Shown piece by piece: positions 12,141 through 23,925 of a stretch of 64,000 bases of DNA (position 1 is the stretch's first letter; each line of letters opens with the position of its first letter). The notes below the pieces were generated by a model. That model ran no database searches. It saw only the letters and a program-made list of their open reading frames with translations, and had not been told where the DNA came from. Location of the stretch: NCBI GenBank assembly GCA_043228905.1, contig JBHGNT010000006.1:23126001-23190000 (forward strand), given 5' to 3'. The DNA is from Azolla caroliniana (taxonomy: Eukaryota > Plantae > Polypodiophyta). Position numbers and translations under genes: made by a program.

Positions 12141-15100
12141 TTACATAGCAATCAATTCATCTACGTCATTTTCTTCATCATCTTGTGTAGAACTGTCTTC
12201 GGCTATACGTGCATTGGTTTCCCCTGTTAGCCGGGCCAACGAAATATCTTCTATAAGCTCATCATCAAGCTCTATTAGCTCTCCCGGTTCGCCGGCTAAC
12301 GGAGGAATAGGCTCTCGCGAAGCGGGTTGAAACCTTTCTGTATTGGCGAGGTTCTTTGCACCGACCTCCTCATCCTGGTCTGGGCACTCCCACAAAGCCT
12401 TAATCCGCATATTAATAAATATAACTTGGTCCTCGTCCTTCTCCAATGCAACTGTATTCCTAAACAGCTTCAATGCACATGCTGACGTAGTTCCTATGAT
12501 GTAAGTAACAAGAAGATTTAGTTGTCAAACGAAAAAAGTGATTGGTTATCTCAAGATCGTTACCCTAGTTCGAGGAATACCTGTGCCAGAAAAGAGATCT
12601 AATATCCAGTCTCCTTCGACAGAAAACATCTCGATCAAGCGCATCATAAGTCGTTGAGGTTTTTGGTATGGGTTGACAAGTCCCCGTTCTGTCGTGGTGA
12701 CATGTCGCAATTTCCGAGTCACTGCTGGATATACCAACAGATTTGAACCTCCCACTTCATTAGAATGCTCTTTGATTCTCTGTTTTTTAATTTCATCGAA
12801 GTAGCCAACCGTTATGTATTCAATGGCATTAACGAACCGAAAAGTTGGCCCTCTATTTACATTGGTCTTGATCCTATAAAAAATAATTCATCGAGTTAAA
12901 AATAGATTCAACAACCTTAAGAATTGCAATATAATGAAAGACACCTATAAATAATCCTTACCATGCAAGGTTCTCGATGCCATGGCAACGAGATCTCAAA
13001 GCTTGAGCTACCGAGTACCCTTGGTCCATACTATGAAAGACAACTATTCGCCACAAGGATGCGGTCGTTAGCTCAGCAAAATCCTTGACCATCTTCTCCA
13101 ATTGTTTAAACCTAAACGGTTCATCGTCGTATGATGACCCAGCCATTCGAAATCCGTAAGGAATATCCGCAATCATTAGCGTATATTCCTTCTTTGGCAC
13201 CTTCTGGATCAAGTCGATGACATCACCGCAAACCACATTGTAGTAAAGATCTCTCGTAATATCTTTCTTGTGGCTAAATTTTTTAAACGAGCCATCTTCC
13301 TCCATTTCGTACGCCTTGACTAAGCGACGATCCTTTTCTTTTCTGGCTCGCTCGAGATGTGCAAGGAAGGATGTAGGGAAATCGTGTATATCCTTAACTT
13401 CTCCTTGTTTCTTGCCTCGACACGGTTTCTAATAGAAGCAATAGGACATCAGGTATTATTACGCAACCTCTACATATGATGAAAGGGTAATGAAAAAATA
13501 TCAATACTAACCCAATCCTTGAATGCAATAAAATACTCTGATAACGCCTTATACGAAGACGTTAGAGGATAATCCTCGGTCACTTGTTCCCAAGTTATAC
13601 ATCCAAGTTGTTTCATCATTACTTCTTGGATCTTCATGTACACCTTATGACTGTAAAATTAGAAATCAAGATTAGAACTTTGAATTACACCAGATAGACT
13701 ACAATTTCAGTATTTGAAAGACTTACTTATTGAACTCGGTGACCATTTCTTCAAGGCTTAAATCTTTCGCCACAACCCTTGACAAAACGGACACAAGAAG
13801 CTGCTCGTCCTTAATACCTTGCATCGCTCTCCATAGAGACAGCTTCATGTCGTCTGCCGCTTCTTCAATTGTCAAGTCAATTCTCTTGGCGGCTTGTGAC
13901 TTTAATTCTAGTTGAGGGTCAACCCTACATTTCTTTTGTCGTTGACCCTTTACCTCCTTATTCTCCCACATTGAGAAGATTTGATCTTGGAGGTCCCATA
14001 CTTCTCCATCTCTAAACGCCAATTGAAACCAAGATTCATACTTTCGAAGACCATCGGACCTAACATTATCATCTACCACAATGCCGACTTCATGCAGACA
14101 TTGACGTCGAAGGCCTGGATGTAACTTCACACCAAACTTTTGTTTCACATCTAAATACTCGTGGTGGAAGAACCGGATACGCTCAATAGACGACATTTTC
14201 TGCCTATAGTCATTATCATTATTATGGTCCCATGCCAACAGCTTAGCCTCTTCGGTTGTGAGCCCAACATATATTTTGCACTCGGCATACTTGAAGAAGA
14301 AAGTGGTTGGATGTTCTCTGACAAGTTGTCGACGTGCCTCTGCTGAATGCGATCCACCAACGACAATTTTCTTTTGGCTTACATCACTATGGGGCTGAGA
14401 TTTTGTCTCTTCGTTAAATAGAAGCTTTTTTCCTCTCTTTATGGACTCCGGAGTTACCTTGGTCTGGGCTTCGATTGGAGAACCTTGTATGCGAAGCTTA
14501 ATTTTCTTCACGGGTCGGTCTGACAGATTCTCAAACGACCTATTTAAGAAAGTATATGCAAAAACATAAGTTAGACAGTTACGTAGATTGAAGTTGTTAT
14601 TATAATGAAGAACAGTTTCTAGGAGCAGTAACATATTCAAAAATCTATTGTAGGCATGCCTATTCAACCTAGAAAATATATATCGTAATAAGTAAAACGG
14701 GTTATATATTCTTTTAAATAGTAGATATGACTTATATAGATTCTAAACCTATATTGATGAGAATTTGCCATAGTGAATGCAATTTGTAGATCATTTTCTA
14801 CTATTTTAAGCTAAAGTAGGTCAAAAAACACCTATAATTAGAGCTTGTATTTGTTTAGAAGTAAGTAAACTCAACATAGAAAGACTGATTTTGACAGACA
14901 ATTTGATAACATTTCCACCCCGTAAACGATTTTTCTCTCTCAAAGGCTACACTTTAAACACGAACTCGATACGGCGTATCGAGTTCGTGTTTAAAACTTA
15001 CCTTTTAAACACGAACTCGATACGGCGTATCGAGTTCGTGTTTAAAGTGTAGGTTTTAAACACGAACTCGATACGCCGTATCGAGTTCGTGTTTAAAGTG

Positions 15101-15635
15101 TAGGTTTTAAACACGAACTCGATACGCCGTATCGAGTTCGTGTTTAAAGTGTAGGTTTTAAACACGAACTCGATACGCCGTATCGAGTTCGTGTTTAAAA
15201 GGTAAGTTTTAACCACGAACTCGATACGCCGTATCGAGTTCGTGTTTAAAGTGTAGGTTTTAAACACGAACTCGATACGCCGTATCGAGTTCGTGTTTAA
15301 AACCTACACTTTAAACACGAACTCGATACGGCGTATCGAGTTCGTGGTTAAAACTTACCTTTTAAACACGAACTCGATACGCCGTATCGAGTTCATGTTT
15401 AAAACCTATACTTTAAACACGAACTCGATACGGCGTATCGAGTTCGTGTATACAATACAAATATTTACACACGAACTCGATACGCCGTATCGAGTTCGTG
15501 TATAAATATTTGTATTGTATACATGAACTCGATACGCCGTATCGAGTTTTTCGGGAAACGAAACATATTTACAAAAATGTCCACAGTGTCAGAGGCCTAC
15601 CTGGACTCCTCGCGCTCGACTCTCTTGGAAGACAT
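12141..15635 (-). CDS. Six-exon ParB-like plus beta-class amino (N6-adenine/N4-cytosine) DNA methyltransferase, 699 aa predicted
   Basis: Exons 15635-15601, 14539-13727, 13650-13512, 13428-12962, 12873-12581 and 12493-12141. All introns are GT-AG and the phases join to 2100 nt with no stop. Motif IV-like IADIPYG precedes QKP and motif I ILDLFSGTGTT...ALEKD (beta order). The N-terminal part has VVGGSHSAEARR...EAKLLAWDHN, which is ParB/Srx-like. Confidence 0.88.
14953..15548. repeat. Array of 12 palindromes (43-bp full unit, 51-bp period) in intron 1 of the methyltransferase gene
   Basis: TTTAAACACGAACTCGATACG(G/C)CGTATCGAGTTCGTGTTTAAA separated by 8-bp linkers (GTGTAGGT, AGGTAAGT and their reverse complements). 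The last three units are shorter and have longer AT-rich linkers. Confidence 0.97.
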
Positions 15636-15750
15636 GGTTGATCGTGTTGTGTGGAGGCGGAGATCGCGCTTTCGTGCTTTGTGCCTTGAGTGCTCTGTGT
15701 GCTCTGTACGCTCTGTACGCTCTGGTGAGTGAAATATGATGAGGTCTTCC

Positions 15751-15758
15751 TATTTATA
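15751..15758 (-). promoter_or_regulatory. Putative TATA box of the methyltransferase gene
   Basis: TATAAATA on minus, about 115 bp upstream of the ATG at 15635 (CAACCATG context). Confidence 0.6.
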
Positions 15759-16431
15759 GGGATTGAACCCATGGTTAAAGTAACCATAGTCATCTTAACC
15801 AATGTTGGTAACTTTGAGGATAGTTAGTTTGTAACCATAGTCACATTAACTATAGTAACTTATGATTGTATTAATGATTACAAAGTCAAACTAATATATT
15901 GATCAATCTTTTATACTCATAACAACCTACAATCACTTCAAAGGTTATGAAGGAGACAATGATAGAGGTTCATGAATGTACCAATGATTGATTACTAAAA
16001 GCAAAAAATTTTATGACTCTCAATAGTTATGTATTAAAGATGTGGGCATGAATTAACCAATGATTGATAAGTCTAATAATTAAAATGGTGAGCCTTAAAG
16101 AATCAATGAGTGAGACGTTCTATATCAAAATGGGTGTCATTAATTAGCCAATGATTTTAACATTAATCCAACATATTCAAGGCTTGTTAATGATTAGTTT
16201 TATATTTTACTTGATTTAACATCATTTAGATCTAGTTTATATAATGATTGATAATTTAAGTTAAATTACTTTATTAAAAATAATTTTTAGATGTATTGTA
16301 TTTTAATAGAATATTACATAATATAGACATTCTATTGATTTGGCTTTTGTTTAGAGAGAAGTTTATGTTTAGGGAGGAGTATATGGTTAGAGAGGAGTAT
16401 AACTTAGAGAGCCCTATCTAGACCTTAAGCC

Positions 16432-19212
16432 ATGAGTGAAGATTCACCGTTCTCGATTGAAGAATATTGTTTGTCATCAGACCCATCGTTTTCTACCGAA
16501 GAGTATTGTTTATCAACAGAGTCACCATATTCGATTGAAGAATATTGTCTTTCGACCGACTCACCATATTCTATCGAAGAATATTGTCTGAGCTCATCTA
16601 CAGGGAATGCAAATAATGACACATGTGAAGAGTTCTCTATTGAAGAATACGATATTAATAAAGATACCGGGAATGAAGGAAGTGCCCAGGAAACATTGAA
16701 TAACATTGGCGATGGTCAGAACAGAGAATTAGACTGTAACAAGGTTACACCAACCTCTATGCAGGAAGAGAAATCTAGGAGCCCTATGCATATTAGAAGA
16801 ATCCCACGAAGAATTCGTCTGGCTAGATTTAGCTTGGTGACATCAGATAAACAGATTGGATTTGATGTCAACAAAATATGTTGTGCCCGTGGTTGTATGT
16901 CTATGATTGGAAAATCAAAGTTGCGAGAATTAAGGCGATACTATTTTTCGATGACCGGTGATGAGCAAGACACTTACCTCGGATCACATATGCAACTAGT
17001 ATCTGACAAATGTACGGGGATCAAAGTATCATTCGAGTATTATATCTTCCATGCGCAACAGATATGTAGAGTTGCATTCAAAATTGTGTTATGTGTTAGT
17101 AACATGCGGCTACATAGAGTACAACAACGTCTACTTAGCGGGGATCAGATGCTCAATTGTAAAGAGGTTCCAAGTATGAAAGGTGCAATTGGAAGACTAG
17201 CTATTGGCTGGATGAAAACTTACTTTCAGTTAAATTGTGAAGTAATGCCCACTACAGGTAGGATGCATCTTTCTGATAATTATACCCGTCGGGAAGTTTA
17301 TGATGTCTATCGATCTGAAATGCTGGGCTCACGTAATAAGTCTATCACCTATAGCCAATTCACAAGATTATAGAGAGCTCGGTTTTCAAATGTTATTATT
17401 CCTCGTAAAGTACGTATGGGTTATTGCTCCATTTGTGCAAATCTTAAAAGTTTGGCTAAAGGTGCAAAGACATCAATGGAAAAGGATACGAGTAAGAAGT
17501 TACTACAAGAGCATCGTGAGGCACAATCCTTAGAACGAAGGAAGGCGATGCATCATAGAGAGAAGTGTTTGAAGAGGCCTGAACAATACATGTGCTTAAT
17601 GATAGATGGCATGGACCAGAAGAAGACATGCTTGCCGCATATGCGGAGGCTCCCCAAAGATGTCAATGATGAGTGCCTTGTTCAAATGCACTTGGTGGGA
17701 TGCTTGGCTTATAATAGGTCTGTTCGACCTCACGTCTTCATTACTTACCCCAATGTTCACAATGACCCTAACCTAACAGTTACAGTGATTCACCGAGTTT
17801 TGATGTCTTGGGGACAACCTTTCCCCCCTGTTCTATACATTCAATTGGACAATACTGCTAGAGAGAACAAAAATTCAACTGTATTTGGCTATCTAAGTAT
17901 GTTGGTCAACCTAGAATTGTTTAGGAAAGTGAAAGTCAATTTCCTTTTGGTTGGCCACACACATGACCATATAGATCAGATGTTTAGCACATTCTCCAGA
18001 CAGTTGTCTCGGCATGATGCTTTCACTTTACCTAAACTATTTGATGTCATTTGTGATGCATATACACCACGCCCAAAAGTGTTACACTTGAAGGAGGTAT
18101 ATGACTTTAAGAGATATATATTAGATGGGGGTGGTGGGAATGTTAAAGTGCTTGCTCAGTTAAACAATATAAGTTTCAATCACATTTTTTTGATAAAGAA
18201 AAATGGAATAAGTGGTTCTACACTTTTGTATGCTAAACAATATTCATCTTCTACAACATGGGAACCTGAAGGTGGTTGCCAGTTATTACTTTGTATGCCG
18301 AGTACAATTGTCCATGGAGCTAAGCAAATGCCAATTGAGAAGAAAGGACAGTTGCAGAGCGACTTGGTATTAGAACAAAAACGGTCATGGCTCCAAGCCT
18401 TAGAAGAAAAAAGAAAACATATTGAGGCCGCCAAGAAATATGCCGCACAACAAGACACGTCATGGTGGGATGTATTTTATAGTGATCAGAAAGAAATTAT
18501 AGACAATTGTGTATCTGTTGATAATTGGAATTTGGAAACGCCATTCACATGGTCGCTGCAACATGATCGCGTAAATAGAAGTCCGGAGCGACTAGTAAAT
18601 GCGATTAATGACAGCTTGGTCCATCCACAACAAAGAGACATTTATGTGGGACCAAGGATGACCAAAGCAGCCGAAGCTAGATGGCAAGGAAATTTGCAAG
18701 AGCTCACCGCGGGGATGTTGATTGCAACGCCGGCTGATGAGAACTCACATGGCCACCAATTTTGGGTTGGTAAAATTCTAGAAGTGCTAATGCATGAAAT
18801 AGATAACACGATCAAGTCTATAAATGTTCATTGGTACAACACTAGAAGTGCAAATGCTTTTACAGGTAAGTATACATTGGAGATGATTGAATGCCAAACA
18901 AGAAGGGGAGGTAGGAAGAGGAAGCGAAACATTCGTAACACCTCGACCCTTGATATCTCTGATGTGGATATCATCGTGTACGACTTCACACTTACAAAAG
19001 CCGGACGATTAAGGAAGTCAACAATAGATATAATAAAAGAAAAATTACCAGGTCTACAAGGTGGCTCGAGTCGAAGGCAAACGAGATCTGCTACATATAA
19101 TCTAGAGTCAAACCATTTGGTTTATGACGAAGATAATGCACTGATTGGTACATCCGAGGATGATGAGGAGGAATCGTCATTGTATATTAGTTATAGTAGT
19201 GATTCTCCGTAA
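16432..19212 (+). pseudogene. Sola-like DDD transposase (926 codons) with one nonsense mutation
   Basis: The two track ORFs are in the same frame, split by TAG at 17371-17373 where copy 2 has TGG (RLWR). Motifs IDGMDQ, QLDNTARENKN and FLLVGHTHDHIDQMFS, a Cys-rich N-terminal region and CSIC. Confidence 0.85.
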
Positions 19213-19534
19213 AGGAGTGATCATGAATGTATATTTGGCTATTAAGTGTAACTACATTCCGCTTGTAACAAATCGAGTAATATAAAATCATGTGTTTTGA
19301 ATTCTTATGATTTCCCAAAAATCGTTTCTTATAAAATAACATTGGTTGTAAAGTTTGTGATATAAATTGAGAATGTATGTTTTTGAAATTCGTCTTTTTT
19401 TAGTTACTTCTAAATCACGAAAATAGTGGATTTTTAACCTTTTTCATAGTATGTTTGAACTTGTATGATACTGGTATCAATGTGTTTTGTAAAATCATTG
19501 AAAAACCCCTAAAATTTCCCTTCTCCTTCCATTT

Positions 19535-19570
19535 ATGCGCGATCCTTCCACTTCTGAACGTGAACGTGTT
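19535..19570 (-). repeat. Right TIR, copy 1
   Basis: Reverse complement of 11200-11235 with 3 mismatches. Followed by the CATA TSD. Confidence 0.95.
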
Positions 19571-19592
19571 CATAACACTCTTTATACAAAGG

Positions 19593-22144
19593 TGAAAATC
19601 CGAAATAGTAGGCGGAACCTCAAGTTGAGCTTGAGGGGGACAGTTGAGATACAAGCTCAACATTGGGTGCATAAATCGGTGCGCAAACCGGGTGAGCAAC
19701 GAGAGGCCGTAGCGGTGCTCAAACCGGGAGGCCGTTGGATAGATATTCCGTGGAGGAATATATTCTTGGGAGTTAGTGTAAGGGCTCATTGATGAGCATT
19801 GAAGTATGACGTGTCGATACTTCTGTCAGTTTGTATGGACTTGTATAAAAGTGCTCTCTAAGCACATCCTATGTACAGAGTTTTTTAGAGTATTATTTTG
19901 GAAAAAAGTTTTCGGTCCTCTACTCTCTCTGTCTCTCCCGCGTACGTTGTGTTGCTTAAGCTTTCCATTAGACTAGGACTTGATGACATGTAGATGTGGT
20001 AAGCTCAACTTGTGCAAAAGAAACTCTACTCACTGGACTCGATGAAATGGAACTAGGACTATGAACTAGTTCTATAGATCTAGGATAGTCCAACCAAATG
20101 GCTCCCATTTTGCCTGAACTTACTCGTTTAACACATCCTCTAATTGACTCAAGACATCGAATCTATTCTCATGTCATGGACTATTACGCTTACTTATGTT
20201 ATTAGAAGTAACAATGGAACTCGAATTAGGGATGTCATGTGCACTTACTTGGTATAATTGACGTCTAGGCTTATGTGGACAATTCACGACTATATGTCGT
20301 GGACTGCCGCAATATAGGCAAAGAAGGTGGTGTGGTCGATATCGTTGTTTCTTAGCATCTGATAAAGGCCCGCGACTTTGTGTTGACTCTATTTCCATCG
20401 AAGTTGGGCCATCTGTTGGAATGGATCTGGACACTTGTGGAGGCGTTGTGACTATAGAAGCATATATTTGTTCTTGTTGGCGGAGTAACATTTGTTGGCG
20501 CTCAGAACGTCGCTCAAATAGGTGATTATCACATTGCACGACTCGACTAATGGCCTCATTAAGAGACTTCGAGTCTTCGTGGAAAGTAAGAAGAAGATCT
20601 TTGACATTATTATGCAAACCTTGACAGAATTGATCCATTAAGTCCACCTCATCCCAAGGATATCGCATGCCAAAAGACGAAAATCTATTGCATAAGCTTA
20701 CGTGAGACGATCTCTTTGTCGAAGACTTCGAATCTTGTTTATCACCGTCCTAGTGTTGTTGGTGTCTCCAAAACTAGCTTGAAAATCCTTAACAAATGCC
20801 TCAACATCCTTAAGCAACGGTGATTTCTTCTCTCGAAGTGGTGCAAACCATGCTGATGTCATACCACATAGTAATGTTCCCACTAATCCCACATGGGCAG
20901 CATCAATTGGATACCGATTGGGATGTAACTGAATAACCAAACAGACTTGATTCAAAAAGCCTCGAAATAAAGACCTCCTACCATCAAACTTGGTAGGGAG
21001 GCTAATCTTTTATTCTCGAGGGGAGTTTTGAGCCCCAACCGCTTGTTCTTGTAATGACAATATAGTAGCCTCGAGTTGGTGAACCCGTTGTCGTGCCTTT
21101 CGACGCCCGATCATTGTGCTCGGCCACCGTCATCATGTTGTTACCCTCTTGTTGATTCTCCATCTCCTTGTGACCCGTTTTCATGCCGGGTTCACCAAAT
21201 GTGTCATGCCTTTCGGCGCCGGATCGTTGTGTGAGTCGGGTGGGATTCGCTGGGATTTTCAACTAGGAGGAGGAAGAATTTGAAATGAGTCTAATTATGA
21301 ATATATTGCAAGAAAGAGATATAGGCAACTCGTGAATTCCACGAGTATAATATATTAATCAATACTTAGAAAAGGATATGAATTTAGATTGAAAGACATT
21401 AATAGATAGAAAACATCATGAATGCCCACGCATATAATATATTAATCAACCCTTATGAAGGAAAATCAAGCCCCTTACAATTCTCCCACGACCCCTATAT
21501 AGTGATGGGAGAGACCAAGTATATAGTAATCCATGCTTTTCTTAACTATAGACCTCATGTTTTTTTCCTTCTAATAACAATGTTGATGCAAGTGAGATAC
21601 ATGCATGAATTGCTTTTTCGATCATTCGTTTTCTTTTGATTAAAGTTTTATGCACTCTACGTGTAAAAGTAGCTTTTCCTAAAAATTATACATAAAATAA
21701 TCTTTGTATGTGGGATATCTACTTGTCTAACACTCATGATGTGTTAGTATAATGGTAAAGCTATAGCTCATTAACATGGAGGTATAGGGTTTGAATCCTA
21801 CCGTATGCATGTAACATACATTTTAATATTTTCTTCGGTTTCTTCATATTTATCCAATTAGTTACTGTATACGTTTTTCAGGTACTGTACAAATTACACT
21901 ACGACACCATTGTGGTAACTCTTCATATTGTTCAGCTTTCTCGGTACTCATTTTTTGTACGTCTACAAGTAGCCTTTGATTTTCATGCTCTAATGCCACA
22001 AATTTATTTGTGAGCATGTCGAGCTCAGAAAGAACACGCATACATTCTTGTTTGCTTAGGACTCCATAACTTACAAGGGGAGGAGAAGAAAGAAGAGAAC
22101 TTGTTGGAAGAGGGAGAAATGAAAACTTGGTTCAAACTGTCAAG

Positions 22145-22189
<45 letters not shown>

Positions 22190-23925
22190 CGAAAACAAAA
22201 TATTGTAGTGCACTTGTCATGATATAGGATGGTATGGCATTAAAAGGATTCAAACCCATAACCTAATGTCACATGGGTTGAAGCCCTATCATTAAGCTAT
22301 ACATTATAATACAAAAAATACTGGTTTCATTTATTATTTCACTATAGAAAATTGGTGTATATTCCAAATTTCTCTACAACATTCTAGAAACTTCAGGTGT
22401 ATAAAAAGAGGCACAAGGCATTATTTCGAATCAATTCGGCTCAACGCCAGTCTTAAGCCTCCTAGCTATTCTTGTACTTACTCTTCATATAATATATCAC
22501 ATGTTATCATCTCTCTCTCCCTCTGATGAGTCTTACACATTCCCTTCCTCTTAGTACTAATCCTCAGTACTTTCCTTCCCTAGTGCTAATTCTCTCTCTA
22601 TTTTTAGTAGTACATCCCTAACCGTTTGAATCGAATTGATTCATCCTCTTATCCCTCCTTCCCTTCATACTAATCCTCTTATCCTCCCTAGTAAATGGCA
22701 ATTGTTAGCGCTCAAGAATACCAATATGTTTTCTCGGAGTTCCGGTGCTTAAAAGTGAAGTTTGTAGCACTAGAACAAGAAAATCATCGTCTGTTGGGGG
22801 ATCTTCAACAAATCAATCTAGCAGAACAACAACACGGGGAGCTGACGTTACGTGTGCAACAACTTCAAGGGACTATTGTATCATGACAATAAGGATCAAG
22901 CGCTCAACGGACTCACAAAGAGTTCAAGATTGGTCTTCGTATAAAACTTGATGGAACCCGATCACAGTTTAGAGGTTTTCTTAATTAGGTACATTTAGTG
23001 ATTCAAATGCATCCTTCTCAATATCCCACCGATGCATCACAAGTGGGACTAGTAGGCACGGCTTTGGCATAGTTTGCCCCCCTGTTAGAAAAAGCTCTCC
23101 CTTGTTAAATAATTTTGAAGAGTTTATTAGCGACTTTAAAGCATGTTTGGAGATACTGACAATGTTGGGACGGCAATCAACAAAATTCGAAGATTGCGCC
23201 AAGGTGATCGGCTGGCCTCAACTTATGTTGTGGATTTCCGTCTTCTCGCCACAGATATTACCTGGGTTGACCAGGCATTAATGGAGTAATTTTCTTTTGG
23301 CCTACGTAATGATGTCAAGGATTTACTCTTGACTTTCCCCGGAGAGCCAAAGTCATTGACAGAAGCAATCAGTCACGTGGTATGATGCGATAACTGCCTT
23401 TTGGAAACTTCAGGTGTATAAAAAGAGGCACAAGGCATTATTTCGAATCAATTCGGTTCAACGCCAGTCTTAAGCCTCCTAGCTATTCTTGTACTTACTC
23501 TTCATATAATATATCACATGTTATCATCTCTCTCTCCCTCTCATGAGTCTTACACATTCCCTTCCTCTTAGTACTAATCCTCAGTACTTTCCTTCCCTAG
23601 TGCTAATTCTCTCTCTATTTTTAGTAGTACATTCCTAACCGTTTGAACCGAATTGAGTCATCCTCTTATCCCTCCTTCCCTTCATACTAATCCTCTTATC
23701 CTCCCTAGTAAATGGCAATTCTTAGCGCTCAAGAATACCAATATGCTTTCTCGGAGTTCCAGTGCTTAAAAGAGAAGTTTGTTGGGGGATCTCCAACAAA
23801 TAGCTCTAGAAAAACAACAAGAACATGGGGAGCTGACGTTACGTGTGCAACAACTTAAAGCGACTATTGTATCATGACAACAAGGATCAAGCGCTACAAG
23901 GACTCACAAAGAACCCAAGATTGGC
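19593..23925. repeat. Segmental duplicate block (gag remnant, Trp-PBS LTR, plus-strand gypsy 5' part, internal re-duplication at about 23403-23925)
   Basis: Near-identical to parts of 1960-4910 and 54254-57228. Confidence 0.9.

Larger units (their letters stand above)
11200..19570. mobile_element. DNA transposon copy 1 (Sola-like) carrying a ParB-like/DNA methyltransferase gene
   Basis: 36-bp TIRs at 11200-11235 and 19535-19570 with 3 mismatches. CATA TSD at 11196-11199 and 19571-19574. Inserted in an LTR whose uninterrupted form is visible at about 5851-5880. Confidence 0.93.

Noticed and set aside
14540-14667. N-terminus of track ORF 13723-14667 (MNRHAY...)
   Set aside because: Intron sequence. 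It has a CTAAC branch point and an AG acceptor at 14540, and exon 1 joins in phase.
14998-15505. ORFs with TYTLNTNSIRRIEFVFK repeats on both strands
   Set aside because: Artefact of a 51-bp palindromic period, located in the predicted intron.
14953-15548. CRISPR array
   Set aside because: Linkers are mostly 8 bp and recur, so there are no unique spacers. There are no cas genes, and the array lies in a spliceosomal intron.
12141-15635. Bacterial contamination or a restriction-modification operon
   Set aside because: Five GT-AG introns, a TATA box, TIR/TSD continuity with plant LTR sequence, and no endonuclease partner.
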